Below, in pieces: positions 20,211 to 31,196 of a DNA stretch of 64,000 nucleotides. Positions within the stretch are counted from its first letter, which is position 1; every line of letters begins with the position of its first letter. The translations under genes and the position numbers were made by a program. Source of the DNA: Alphaproteobacteria bacterium (GTDB taxonomy: Bacteria > Pseudomonadota > Alphaproteobacteria > UBA828). The notes under the pieces are model-generated. The model was not told where the DNA came from, made no database searches, and saw nothing but the letters and a program-made list of their open reading frames with translations. The stretch covers positions 2,496,001 through 2,560,000 of the forward strand of contig OZ243972.1 in assembly GCA_965214705.1 (NCBI GenBank), written 5' to 3'.

Positions 20211-21041
20211 GTGAAGACATCCGTTCTGTCTGTCACGTATGACGGTGAAAGACCGGACAGGCTGGACGCCTACTTTGCGTCGTTGGCGGCACAAACCCGT
20301 CCGGCCGACGAGATTGTTCTGGTTTTGGATGGCGAGGTCCGAGCGGAACTGCATAGAGTCATCGATCACTGGAAGCAGCGTCTTCCGTTGAAGGTAATTC
20401 AGAAGAAGAAGAAGAAGAAGAAGAAGAATGTTGGCCTCGATCTGAATGACGGACTGATCCACTGCACAGGTGAGATCGTGTTTCGGGCCGATACCGACGA
20501 TGTCAGCTTGCCGGAGCGGTTTGCCGAGCAGGCCCGGATCCTGGAGGATCGCGCGACCTCGGTCACGTCCGCCCCGGTTCTGGAAATCAAGGAGGACGGA
20601 TTGGAGTTGCTCAAGCGCGTGCCTAGCGGGACTATTGGACCCTGGAATCTCTACAGTTTTTTCCGCAACCCGGTAACCGGCAATTGCTGCGCGTTCCGAA
20701 TTGACGACGTTCTGGCTGTCGGCGGCTATTCGACGAGGGCGACGGAGATGGAGGATTATTTCTTGTGGATCAAGATGCTGATCCACGGCAAGCGTATTTT
20801 CGGTTCCCGGGCGCCTCTGCTGAGAGCCGATGCCCGGTCCTTGGCCGCGCGCCGCGGGGGGAGCGGCTGGTTCCTGGCCGAGGTCGCGTTATTGAGGCTC
20901 AATGCCCGGCGGCTGGCGTACATGGGCAGCGTGCCGGCGATCATCGCATTCGCATTCCGTGCACCGCTCGGCTTTTCCGCTGCCGAGAAGTTGCGTGAGA
21001 TTCTCTACCAATATTTCCTGCGCAAGAGGGTTAGGTCATGA
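20211..21041 (+). CDS. GT2 glycosyltransferase (AmsE-like) with a poly-Lys tract
   Basis: QTRPADEIVLVLDG, RADTDDVSLPERFAEQ, MEDYFLW. Confidence 0.85.
   Translation: MKTSVLSVTYDGERPDRLDAYFASLAAQTRPADEIVLVLDGEVRAELHRVIDHWKQRLPLKVIQKKKKKKKKNVGLDLNDGLIHCTGEIVFRADTDDVSLPERFAEQARILEDRATSVTSAPVLEIKEDGLELLKRVPSGTIGPWNLYSFFRNPVTGNCCAFRIDDVLAVGGYSTRATEMEDYFLWIKMLIHGKRIFGSRAPLLRADARSLAARRGGSGWFLAEVALLRLNARRLAYMGSVPAIIAFAFRAPLGFSAAEKLREILYQYFLRKRVRS
20403..20426 (+). repeat. (AAG)8 trinucleotide repeat
   Basis: Read directly; encodes KKKKKKKK in frame. Confidence 0.95.
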
Positions 21042-21802
21042 AGGCATTTCTTCTGGCGGCGGGGCTCGGCACCAGGATGCGTCCGCTGACCGACCAAACC
21101 CCCAAGTGTCTCCTGACGATCGGCGGCATCGCGATGGTCGACATTTGGCTCGATGCAATGCTCCGTGCCGGAGTCAGCGATGTTCTCGTCAACCTTCACC
21201 ACCTCGCCGACCAAGTCGAGGCGCATGTGGCGCGCCGACGTCGGCCGCCGGCGGTTCGGCTGAGCTACGAGCCCGCTCTGCTCGGCAGTGCTGGAACACT
21301 GGCTGCAAATCGGGACTTCGTCGCCAGCGAGGAATTCTTTCTTGCGTGCTATGTGGACAACCTGACCGACTTCGATCTTTCCGTACTTGTCGAACGCCAT
21401 CGATCCTGGGGCGGACTTGCAACCCTCGCCTTGATACATACCAACGAATCTCACGCCAAAGGCGTCGTCGAACTCGACGCAGACGGCATCGTCGCCTCCT
21501 TCGAGGAGAAGCCCAAGGCACCAAGAAGCGATCTTGCCAATGCCGGTATCTACGCCTTCGCGCCCTCGGTTATCGAATTCATTGCGAAACCGCCAGCGGA
21601 TATCGGATACGATCTTCTGCCTCGGCTTGTCGGCAAGATGCAGGGCTTTGGTAACTACCCAGGTACCCCGCCGCCAGATCTGAGTGCGTGCTGATGTTGG
21701 TCGCCGCCGGTGCCGTTTGTCCGTCGGCGCGTCGATGATCTGCCCTTGACTGTATAGGCACGCTCGCCTATGGGTTGCTCTCTCGCATGAGAGGAGCAGC
21801 CG

Positions 21803-22472
21803 GTGGGGTATTTCGGATCGAAGGCGACGACCGGTCTGAGCCAGGCGCTGATTGCGCTGATGCCCCCGCACTCTGTCTATATCGAGAGCCACTTGGGGGG
21901 GCGGGGCGCTGATGAAGCGCAAGCCTGCGGCCGTGCGCTCGATCGGGATTGACCGCGACGAGCGGGCGCTTGAGTCCTTCGACTGTGGCTACCCGGTGGA
22001 GTTGGTGCACGGCTGCGCCCACTCCTTCCTGGCCTCGTTCCCGTTCCTGGGCCCGGAGCTGGTCTACAGCGATCCGCCCTATCTGCACGCGACCCGGCGT
22101 TCGTCGCAGCGCTACCGCTTCGAGTACGAGGAGGCCGACCACGTCGCGCTCCTCGAACTGCTCAAGGGTCTGCCCTGCCAGGTGATGGTCTCGGGCCACC
22201 CGTCTGCGCTCTATGACGAGTTGCTGGCGGGCTGGCGCCGGCTGGCGCTGCAGGTGACGACCCAGGCCCAGGTGCGGACCGAGGCGGTGTGGTTCAACTT
22301 CGCGCCCGACCGGGTGCACTGGGCGAGCTACGCGGGCCGCAACTTCACCGACCGCCAGCGCATCAAGCGCAAGGCGGCCAACTGGGGCCGGCGCTACGAG
22401 GCCATGCCGGCGGGCGAACGCCTGGCGGTGCTGGCCGCGATCATGGCCGTCGAGGCTGACGAGGGTTTGTGA
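21803..22472 (+). pseudogene. Dam/D12-like DNA adenine methyltransferase, out of frame at a G7 run (21895-21901)
   Basis: GTG after GAGGAG gives GYFGSK..LMPPHSVYIESHLG; the next frame gives GGALMKRK..IGID..VYSDPPY..RTEAVWFN. Confidence 0.8.
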
Positions 22473-24010
22473 CAGTGTCGCGCTGGCACGCGGACCTCGC
22501 CGCTCACGACGAGGCTTTCGCGTGCCTGCAGGACCTTTTCACCCCACAATCCTTCGCGATGACCGCCGTCAAAGCCATCCGGGAATGGGGCCAGGGGCTG
22601 CTTCGCCTGAGCGCGGCGCTGGTCAAGGAGAACGACGCGCTGGAGCGGGAGAACGCCCGCTTGCGCGAGCGGATCGCCGAACTTGAGCGCAGCGCCGCGC
22701 TCGACAGCACCACCAGCTCCAGGCCGCCGGCCAGCGACGGCCTGAAGAAGAAGAGCGCAGACCAGGAGAAGCGCACCCGGAGCCGGCGCGGCAAATCCGA
22801 CAGGCCCAGCGGCGGTCAGCCGGGCCACAAGGGAACCACCCTGGAGCGGACCGAGAACCCGGACCACGTCGTGGATCATGATCCGTCCGCCTGTGAGGGC
22901 TGCGGCGCGCCGCTGTCGGACGCCGACCGTCACGGAGCCCCCGTCTGCCGGCAGGTCTTCGATGTGCCCGAGCCGCAGCCCCTCGAGGCCACCGAGCATC
23001 GCGGCCATCGCTGCCTCTGCGCCGCCTGCGGCACCATGACAACAGCCGCCTTCCCGAACGGCGTGAGCGCCCCGGTCCAGTACGGGCCGCGCATCACCGC
23101 GTGGGTGACCTACCTGCTGCACGCTCAGTTCATTCCGGAGAAGCGCGTCGCCGAGGTCATGAGCGATCTCTTCGCGGTCAAGATCTCAACGGCCACCATC
23201 GCCGCCATGGGCCGGCGCACCGCCCGGCGCTTCGAGGGCTTCCTCGATCGTGTCGCAGAGATCATCCGCACCGAAGCCCCGGTCAAACACCTCGACGAGA
23301 CCGGCATCCGCATCGCCGCCCGGACCCATTGGCTCCACGTGCTGTGCACCCCGTTGCTGACCATCCTGCGCGTCGCCAGCGGGCGCGGCCATTTCGACGA
23401 GAAGCTCAACGGCATCGTCATCCATGACGACTATGCCACCTACTTCGCTCTCGAGGGCGTGCGCCACGGGGCCTGCAACGCCCATCACCTGCGTGAGCTC
23501 CAGGCCCTGATCGAGATCGAGAAGGAAGACTGGGCAACGAGCATGCACCAGCTGCTCTCCCGTGCCAACAGAGCCGCCCGCTTCGCCCGCAAGAATGATC
23601 GCGACGTGCCCGCATCGCTGGTCGCCCGCATCTCGCGAGCCTGGGACCGCATCCTCGAACGTGCCATCGCCGCTCACGAAGAGATGCCGCCGCTCCAGAC
23701 CGGAAAGCGCGGACGACAAAAGCGCCGCATCGGTCACAACCTCGCGCTCCGGCTCCAGAAGTACAAGGAGGGCTGCCTGCGCTTCCTCACCGACCCGCGA
23801 ACCCCGTTCTCGAACAATGAGGCGGAGCGCGATCTGCGAATGGGCAAGCTGCGTCAGAAAATCTCAGGCGGCTTCCGCTCGATGCAAGGTGCCTGCGACT
23901 TCGCCAACCTGCGGTCCGTCATCGCCACCGCTCGAAAACAGCGCTGGAATGTCCTCGAAACCCTGGCGCACCCCGATCCCATGCAGCTAATCCCGGTACT
24001 GCGCTTCTGA
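22469..24010 (+). CDS. IS66 (ISBst12-type) transposase
   Basis: SSRPPASD, GGQPGHKG, LDETG, CNAHHLREL, FSNNEAERDLRMGKLRQKISGGFRS. Confidence 0.94.
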   Translation: MTVSRWHADLAAHDEAFACLQDLFTPQSFAMTAVKAIREWGQGLLRLSAALVKENDALERENARLRERIAELERSAALDSTTSSRPPASDGLKKKSADQEKRTRSRRGKSDRPSGGQPGHKGTTLERTENPDHVVDHDPSACEGCGAPLSDADRHGAPVCRQVFDVPEPQPLEATEHRGHRCLCAACGTMTTAAFPNGVSAPVQYGPRITAWVTYLLHAQFIPEKRVAEVMSDLFAVKISTATIAAMGRRTARRFEGFLDRVAEIIRTEAPVKHLDETGIRIAARTHWLHVLCTPLLTILRVASGRGHFDEKLNGIVIHDDYATYFALEGVRHGACNAHHLRELQALIEIEKEDWATSMHQLLSRANRAARFARKNDRDVPASLVARISRAWDRILERAIAAHEEMPPLQTGKRGRQKRRIGHNLALRLQKYKEGCLRFLTDPRTPFSNNEAERDLRMGKLRQKISGGFRSMQGACDFANLRSVIATARKQRWNVLETLAHPDPMQLIPVLRF

Positions 24011-24199
24011 AATCCCCCGCCGCTCCGCTCCACGTCAGCGGCACCAGGCCAGAGGCATCAGTCCATCACGCGTGAGTGCTCGGCGGAATCAGACCTGGGC
24101 AGTTACGGGCTTTGTTATCGATGCGTATTTGCGGGACGTCGGGAGCAGCCCCGAGGCCTATTTGGCCGCCGAGCGCGAATGGGCGGCGAGAGCGAGCGC

Positions 24200-27100
24200 A
24201 TGATTGTCACCGAAACGCCGCTTCGGATCAGCTTCGCCGGCGGCGGCACCGATCTACCGGAGTACTACAACGTAAGCGGTATCGGGCCCCCATACTTCCA
24301 GCGGATCTGATTTCGGGGCTGACTCTCCGCCTTGACCACGAGCCACACAGGAGAGATCGCGATGACAGATTCGATTTTGGCATCTGGCGACGGTGTCGCT
24401 GTTGCTTCGGTTGAGATCCCAGCTTCTGAGGGAGCCGCCCCGGCTCCGTCTGAGCCGGCCCCCATGCGACGCTGGCCGGACGATGAGAAGGCGCGGATTG
24501 TCTCGGAGAGCTTTGAGCCGGGCTCTTCGGTTGCGGCGGTCGCGCGCCGCCATGGCGTCAGCGATACGACCCTGACCAAGTGGCGGCGGCGCGCGCGGGA
24601 GGGAACTCTTCCGGGCGCTCGGATTGGTGGCTCTGCACCGCCATTTGTTCCCGTGGTGGTTGATAGCGTGACGTCCGAGCGGACGGTGGCGATCGAGGCG
24701 CTGGGCGTGGTCGTTCGCCTTCCGGTGGAGAGCGCGGTCGATCGGATCGTGGCTGTGGCCTCGGGCCTGGGTCGGGCGTCGTCATGATCGCGGCCCCCTC
24801 GCTTCGCATCGTGCTGGCGACGCGGCCGGTTGATTTTCGTCGCGGCCACGACGCGCTTGCGGCGACGGCGGCGGGGGAGCTGGATCTCGATATCTATTCC
24901 GGGGTGATCGTGATCTTCCGTTCGCGCCGCGGCGACAGGCTCAAGCTTCTCACCTGGGACGGGACCGGCCTGGTGATGACCTACAAGCGTCTGGAGCAGG
25001 GCCGCTTCGCCTGGCCCCGGATCGAGGACGGTGTGATGCGCCTCACGAAGGGCCAGTTCGAGGCCCTGTTCGAGGGCCTTGACTGGCGCCGGGTCAAGGC
25101 CCTCCCGGTTCGCCGCCCGCTGGCGGCGGAGTGAGGCGGCACGCAGGCGGGGCCGCAGATTTCGGTCGCGGTCCCGCCTGCACTTTTCCCTGGTCATGCA
25201 TTGGCGAATCGGATTAAGGGGTGGCCCATGCCGAAGGTCACGCCCTCACCCCTCAGCAGCGCCGGTTCGCCGTCGCCTGCGGTGGTTTCGGCGGCGCTGG
25301 CGGCCCTGCATGCGGAGCTTGACGACGAGCGCGCGGCGCGCCGGGCGACGGAAGCAGCCCTATGCGAAGCGGAGCAGGCACGCGGCGCGGCGGAGGCGGC
25401 GAGGCAGACGGCGGAAGCGCGGGCGGCACGGCTGGAGGCCGAGAACGCGCACAGCGCGGAGCAGATCAGCCGGCTTGAGCATCTCAACAAGGAGCTCAGG
25501 AAGGCGCTGTTCGGTCCGCGCTCCGAGAAGCTCGGCGAGGACGAGCGCCAGCTTACGTTCGAGGAGTTTTGGGCGGCGATCGCTGAAGCCGGCGGTCGGC
25601 CCGAGGCAGATGACCAGGAGCAGGACGAGGGGGCTGGCGGCAAGCGCCGGCGGCGCTCTTCCCGGGGGTCGCGCAGCGGGGTGCGCTTCGGGCCCCAGGT
25701 CGACCGGCGCGAGGAGGTGATCGAGCCGGACACGATCATGTGCCCCTGCGGCTGCGGCGAGATGACGAAGATCGGCGAGGACCGCAGCGAGCGGCTGGAC
25801 TATGAGCCGGCGAAGTTCACCGTCATCGAGACCGTGCGCCCCCGCTACGCCTGCAACAAGTGCAAGGGGGGCGGGGTGGTGCAGTCGCCGGCGCCGGCCG
25901 CTCTGGTCGAGGGCGGCCTTCCCACCGAGGCTCTTCTGGCGCAGGTGCTGATCGCGAAGTACGGCGATCATTGCCCGCTCTATCGCCAGTCGCAGATCTA
26001 CGAGCGCTCGGGGATCGAGGTTCACCGTGCGACGCTGGCGACGTGGGTGGGCCAGGCGTCGTTTCACCTGCGCCCCGTGGTCGCTTGCCTGGAGGATGAG
26101 CTGAAGAAGTCGGATCACCTGGGTCTGGACGAGACCACGATCCGCGTTCTCGACCCGGGCCGGGGCAAGACGAAGACGGGCTACATGTGGACCCTTGTGC
26201 GTGACGAGCGCCACTGGAGCGGCACGGACCCGCCGGGCGTCGTCTATCGCTATGCGCCCGGCCGCGGCGGCAAGTATGGCGCCGAGCTTATGGAGGGCTT
26301 TTCGGGGACGGTGCAGCTCGACGGCTACTCGGGCCACAACATCCTGGCGCGGCCGGACCGGGCGGAAGGCCCTGTGACGCGGGCCCTCTGTTGGGCGCAT
26401 GTAAGACGGAAGCTGAAAGAGGTATACGACTCGAGCGCATCGCCGATCGCGCTGGCCGGTCTGAATCGGATCGCGAAGCTCTATGCGATCGAGAAGAAGA
26501 TCCGGGGCAAGCCGCCGGCGGAGCGCCGCGCGATCCGTTGGGAGGAGTCGGCGCCGATCGTGAACACCTTCGGTGTCTGGCTCGACGAGCAGCGCTCGCG
26601 CGTCTCACCGCGCTCGCGTCTCGGCGAGAAGCTGACCTATATCGCCAACCAGTGGGACGGGCTGCTGGAGTTCCTGCACGACGGTCGTGTCGAGATCGAC
26701 TCGAACCTGGTGGAAAACCGAATCCGGCCGCTGAAGCTCACCGCCAAGAACGCGCTCTTCGCCGGCAACGACGAGGGTGCGCAAGCCTGGGCCCGCATCG
26801 CCTCGCTGATCGAGACCTGCAAGATGAACGGCGTCGAGCCCTACGCCTGGATGCGGAGCACGCTCGAGAAGATCGCCAAGGGCCACCCGCAGTCGGGCAT
26901 CCAGGAGCTTCTGCCGTGGAACTTCCAGCCCGAGGCAAAATGACTCGCGCGCTCACGGCGCTCCTCAAGAAATCCCCGTCGTAGTCAAGCCAGATTCCGG
27001 TATGGGGTCTGCGTACCGCTTACACTACAACGACCATGGCAGCCGAATCGTGAGTTGCGCGATCGACAAGTACGTCTATGTCATCGTGAAACGACGGTAC

Positions 27101-27943
27101 GACGACGCTATCTGCCTCAACTACTCGAGAAAGGAGACCGTCGATTCAGTTGATGCAGTCGAGCACGGACTCATGCGGGAGACCATGCGCCTTGCCGGCG
27201 TCGACCGAGCCGTCGAGGTCACGACGCTTGCCGACATTCCATCGGAAGGATCGGGTCTCGGCTCGTCATCGTCGGTTACTGTCGGCCTGCTCAACGCACT
27301 TCATTGCTATCAGGGCGTTCAGCTTTCAGCGAGTGAACTTGCCGAGCAAGCTTGTGAGATCGAGTTGACGCGCCTGGGTAAGGCAATGGGCAGGCAAGAC
27401 GCCTATATCGCAGTCTACGGCGGCCTACGGGAGTTCCGTTTTGGGCGCGGCGATACGGCGACGACCCGCAGAATCGGCCTGTCGCCCGATCAAAGACGCC
27501 AACTGGAGGGACGCCTGTTGGTATACTATACGGGCATCGCACGCAGGGCGGAAACCATCCTGAAGAAGCAACGCGAGGAGATGGGCGCCCGGCGAGCGGA
27601 ACTCGATACAATACGCAAGATTGCCGAGACCCTTGCGAACGACCTCGATGCCGGCAAAGTCGACAGTTTGGGGCGGTTTGTTCGCGATGGGTGGGAGGCA
27701 AAGCGCATGCTGACCGATGGGATCGGTTCGGAACGCATTGAGACAATGATCACGGCGGCGCTCGAAGCCGGCGCGGACGGCGCCAAGGTGTGCGGCGCCG
27801 GCGGCGGCGGCTTCGTCCTGGTCGTCTGCCGGCCGGAGAACCAACCGGCGGTGCGGGAAGCGTTGGGAATCTATCGTGAATTGCCAGTTCGAATATCCAG
27901 CACGGGCAGTCGTGTCGTGTTCAATATCCATCAAGAGCCGTGA
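24200..27943 (+). pseudogene. hddA: D-glycero-D-manno-heptose-7-phosphate kinase (GHMP family), split by IS66 copy 3; pieces 24200-24271 and 27032-27943
   Basis: MIVTETPLRISFAGGGTDLPEYYN joins DHGSRIVSCAIDKYVYV; GSGLGSSS, GRQD and GAGGGGF motifs. Confidence 0.9.
24272..27023 (+). mobile_element. IS66-family element copy 3 (tnpA 24332-24787, tnpB 24784-25134, tnpC 25201-26943)
   Basis: Same ends and length as copy 2; TSD ACTACAAC at 24264-24271 and 27024-27031. Confidence 0.97.
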
Positions 27944-28028
27944 GGTTGACGGGACGGCCGGCGGGCATGGATAAGCTGTCCGACGGGGCCGGGCTTCACA
28001 CACGGGAGACATTGAAGGGGCGAAGAGC

Positions 28029-29069
28029 ATGGGATCGAAGGAGCCCGTGTTGATCACCGGCGCCGCCGGCTACGTCGGCAGCCATGTCGTGCCGGCGTTT
28101 TGCAAGGCTGGCTATCCCGTCGTTGTCCTCGACGATCTTTCGACGGGGCATCGTGCGGCCGTTCCCGGCGGTATCCCGTTCGTCGAGGGTGACGTTGGCG
28201 ATAGCGGCGCGGTCGGCAATGTCATCGCCGACCATCGAATCGCCGCCGTCGTGCACCTGGCCGCCAGCGCCAGCGTTCCCGAATCGGTCCATGATCCGCT
28301 GCTCTACTACCGCAACAATAGTAGCGCGAGCACGACCCTGATCCGCGCCTGCGTCGACGGTGGGGTGAGGCGGTTCATCTTTTCATCGACGGCGGCGGTC
28401 TATGGCATTCCCAGGGAAATCCCGGTATCCGAAGACGCGCCGACGGCTCCCATCAACCCCTACGGCAGTTCCAAGCTGGTCACCGAATGGACGCTTCGCG
28501 ACGCCGCGGCGGCCCACGATTTCCGCTACGTCGCGCTCCGCTATTTCAACGTGGCGGGCGCCGACCCGAACGGGCGGGCGGGTCAGTCCAACCGGAATGC
28601 CGCGCACCTGATCAAGGTCGCCTGCGCGGCTGCCGTCGGCTCGCACGACCACGTCACCGTGTTCGGCACGGATTACGATACGGCGGACGGCACCTGCGTG
28701 CGCGACTATATCCACGTGTCCGATCTCGCCGACGCCCATGTCGCCGCCCTTCGCGACCTGGAGGACGGCGGCGGCAGCCGCGTGCTCAACTGCGGCTACG
28801 GCCACGGGTTTTCAGTCCGCGAGGTGCTCGAAACGGTGCGGGTGGTCGCCGGGGTGCCCTTCGATGTTCGCGAAGGCCCGCGGCGCGTCGGCGACCCGCC
28901 GGCGCTGGTGGCCGACGCGTCGCGGATTCGCGAGGCGTTGCAATGGTCGCCGCGCCATGACGATCTCGATTTCATCGTCCGCACCGCGCTTTCGTGGGAG
29001 AGGAAACTGGCGCGCGAGCGCGGCAATGTCGACAACGGGCCGCCTAGGGGCAGTGAGACACGGGAATGA
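28029..29069 (+). CDS. galE: UDP-glucose 4-epimerase
   Basis: TGAAGYVGSH, FSSTAAVYG, PYGSSK, LRYFNVAGA, DGTCVRDYIHV. Confidence 0.95.
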   Translation: MGSKEPVLITGAAGYVGSHVVPAFCKAGYPVVVLDDLSTGHRAAVPGGIPFVEGDVGDSGAVGNVIADHRIAAVVHLAASASVPESVHDPLLYYRNNSSASTTLIRACVDGGVRRFIFSSTAAVYGIPREIPVSEDAPTAPINPYGSSKLVTEWTLRDAAAAHDFRYVALRYFNVAGADPNGRAGQSNRNAAHLIKVACAAAVGSHDHVTVFGTDYDTADGTCVRDYIHVSDLADAHVAALRDLEDGGGSRVLNCGYGHGFSVREVLETVRVVAGVPFDVREGPRRVGDPPALVADASRIREALQWSPRHDDLDFIVRTALSWERKLARERGNVDNGPPRGSETRE

Positions 29070-29254
29070 CGTCATACGGCCCCCATTTCGGCCTCCCCTC
29101 TCCCCCTTCCGCTCCCGGCGCTGAGCCACGCCAACGCCGCCGCCGGTCACTTGTCCCGGATGCGCCTTGTAGTGGCCGCCGACAGGTTGCAGGGAGCGAC
29201 TCCGGCCCGACAATGGCTCCGTCGTGCCCAGGCCGCGCAACCGACAGACCCGCG

Positions 29255-29899
29255 ATGCGCGGGTTTCCGCTCGACCCGTCCGGCCTGTGGCGCGAAGTGC
29301 GCGCCGACCCCTCGCTACCTCCTGTCCCGGCGCTCTTCCTCGACCGCGATGGGACGCTTATTGAGCTGGTGGACTATCTCTGCACTGCCGAACGGGTCGT
29401 ACCCATCGCCGGTGCCTTCGAGAGCTTGGCCGCGGCCCGGCGTTGCGGGTATCGGATAGTGATCGTGACCAATCAGTCCGGCATCGGCCGCGGCTTCTAC
29501 GGGTGGGAGGCGTTCGCCGCCGTGCAGAAGCGGGTACTCGCGCTCGCCGACGCCGCCGGCGGCCTAGTCGACGCGGTGTACGCCTGCCCGGCGCTGCCTG
29601 AGAGCAGCGCCCCTTGCCGCAAGCCCAGCCCCGGTATGCTCCATGCCGCCGCTGCGGATATTGGTATCGATCTCGCCCGAAGCTGGATCGTTGGCGACAG
29701 CGTCGACGATTTGGAGGCCGGGCGGCGCGCCGGGCTCGCGCGCGGCTGGCTGGTGCAGACCGGCTACGGCGTCCGGGACCGTGCCGCCGCGGCGGGCTTG
29801 GCACGCAGCGACTTCCCCATCACCATCGGGCGGCCGATCGTCGCGCTCGGTACGGCGCTTTCCGCCGACAATCCCCGACCCGCGCAGGACGCTTCATGA
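29255..29899 (+). CDS. gmhB: D,D-heptose 1,7-bisphosphate phosphatase (HAD family)
   Basis: FLDRDGTL, VTNQSGIGRG, CRKPSPGM, IVGD; start uncertain (the ORF opens at 29066). Confidence 0.85.
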   Translation: MRGFPLDPSGLWREVRADPSLPPVPALFLDRDGTLIELVDYLCTAERVVPIAGAFESLAAARRCGYRIVIVTNQSGIGRGFYGWEAFAAVQKRVLALADAAGGLVDAVYACPALPESSAPCRKPSPGMLHAAAADIGIDLARSWIVGDSVDDLEAGRRAGLARGWLVQTGYGVRDRAAAAGLARSDFPITIGRPIVALGTALSADNPRPAQDAS

Positions 29900-30516
29900 C
29901 CTTTCCGGACACGGGCTACCGATCAGTGGCCCGCTACTGCGACGACTACCTGACCCAGCTTGCACAGGCGGGTGCCTCCATCGACCGGGCGCGGCTTACC
30001 CATGCCGCCAACCTGCTTGATGCGGCATTCGCGCGCGGCGCGTGGCTCTTCGTCTGCGGCAATGGCGGCTCGGCGGCGATCGCCAACCACCTGCTCTGCG
30101 ATGTCGCCAAGGGGGTGCAGACCGACACCGGCGTTCTGCCGCGGGTGATGAGCCTGAGCGCGAACATGGAGATCGTTACCGCGATCGCCAATGACATCGC
30201 ATTCGAAGATTGCTTCGTCTATCAGCTCAGGACCGCAGCACGACCCGGCGATCTGCTGATGACCATTTCGGCCTCGGGCGATTCGGAAAACATCGTCCGC
30301 GCGCTCGAATGGGCGGTCGCGAACGGACTGGACGGCGTCGCGCTGACCGGCTTCGACGGCGGCCGCTCGGCACCGCTGGCCACCGTCAACCTGCACGTCG
30401 ACGGCGACAACTACGGCGTGATCGAGGACACCCACCAGTCGATCATGCACATACTCTCGCAATATCTGCGTCAAGCGAAGATGACCGACGCGCGCGTCGC
30501 TGAGCGAAAATTCTAG
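29896..30516 (+). CDS. gmhA: Phosphoheptose isomerase (SIS domain)
   Basis: CGNGGSAAIANH, TAIAND, ISASGDSEN, LTGFDGG, IEDTH. Confidence 0.9.
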   Translation: MTFPDTGYRSVARYCDDYLTQLAQAGASIDRARLTHAANLLDAAFARGAWLFVCGNGGSAAIANHLLCDVAKGVQTDTGVLPRVMSLSANMEIVTAIANDIAFEDCFVYQLRTAARPGDLLMTISASGDSENIVRALEWAVANGLDGVALTGFDGGRSAPLATVNLHVDGDNYGVIEDTHQSIMHILSQYLRQAKMTDARVAERKF

Positions 30517-31196
30517 GTTGCGAAGCGGCTTGCCAGCACGACGGCGATCCGGGCCGCGACAGCGAGGGACACCTCCAGGACCAGATGACGCTCGACGACC
30601 TCCCGATTGCAGGACACACCGAATGACCCCCTAAACAAGATGGCTCAATTCGTGAACCATAGGCATGGCCCAAACATCGCGCGGCGGCATGCCCGGTGTG
30701 GGGGCTTGCCGCCGCGCCCGACAGGCCTTTGAATGGCGACCAGGGCTCTCTTGCCCTCGCGTCGGGCTGGCCTGCGGTCAGCCCCCTGAAACCAACAACG
30801 GAGAACGCCTACCGCAAGACTCGGGAGAGACTGACAAACGGCATCGCCTTGGCGGTCAAATGGCCAGGATTCGCGGTCAAGTAAAATGGGAATCTTAAGG
30901 ATTGAGCGGGCTCGCGAGAGCCTGGTCAATCTGGTTTGAACGAAGGCGCGGGCCACGGGTGCGGGCATCGCGGTATGTGTAAAGTGCGCCGATGTCGTGC
31001 TCAGGCTGGAGCGATCAGCTACTGAGGATGGCGGGCTTGCGGCGTCCCGGTCGATATGGCGGCCGGTTCGATCCTCTCACATTGGGCGCCCTGGCGGGCT
31101 ATGAGCCAGAGGCGCCTGGCGCCCGCCGGCGAGGACGAGTTGGCCGGTGGGCCGGGACGGGGCCCGCGCTGCCCTGGTTCGAAGCGAGCGGCTGGC

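Larger units (their letters stand above)
21651..24106 (+). mobile_element. IS66 family (ISBst12-type) element, 2456 bp, carrying a DNA methyltransferase gene
   Basis: Ends GTAACTACCCAGGT...ACCTGGGCAGTTAC; TSD GGGCTTTG at 21643-21650 and 24107-24114. Confidence 0.93.
21038..24203 (+). pseudogene. hddC: Sugar-1-phosphate nucleotidyltransferase (HddC-like), split by an IS66 element; pieces 21038-21650 and 24115-24203
   Basis: LAAGLGTRMRPLT..PK motif. Rejoined C-terminus reads GKMQGFVIDAYLRDVGSSPEAY...; its stop overlaps the hddA ATG. Confidence 0.75.
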
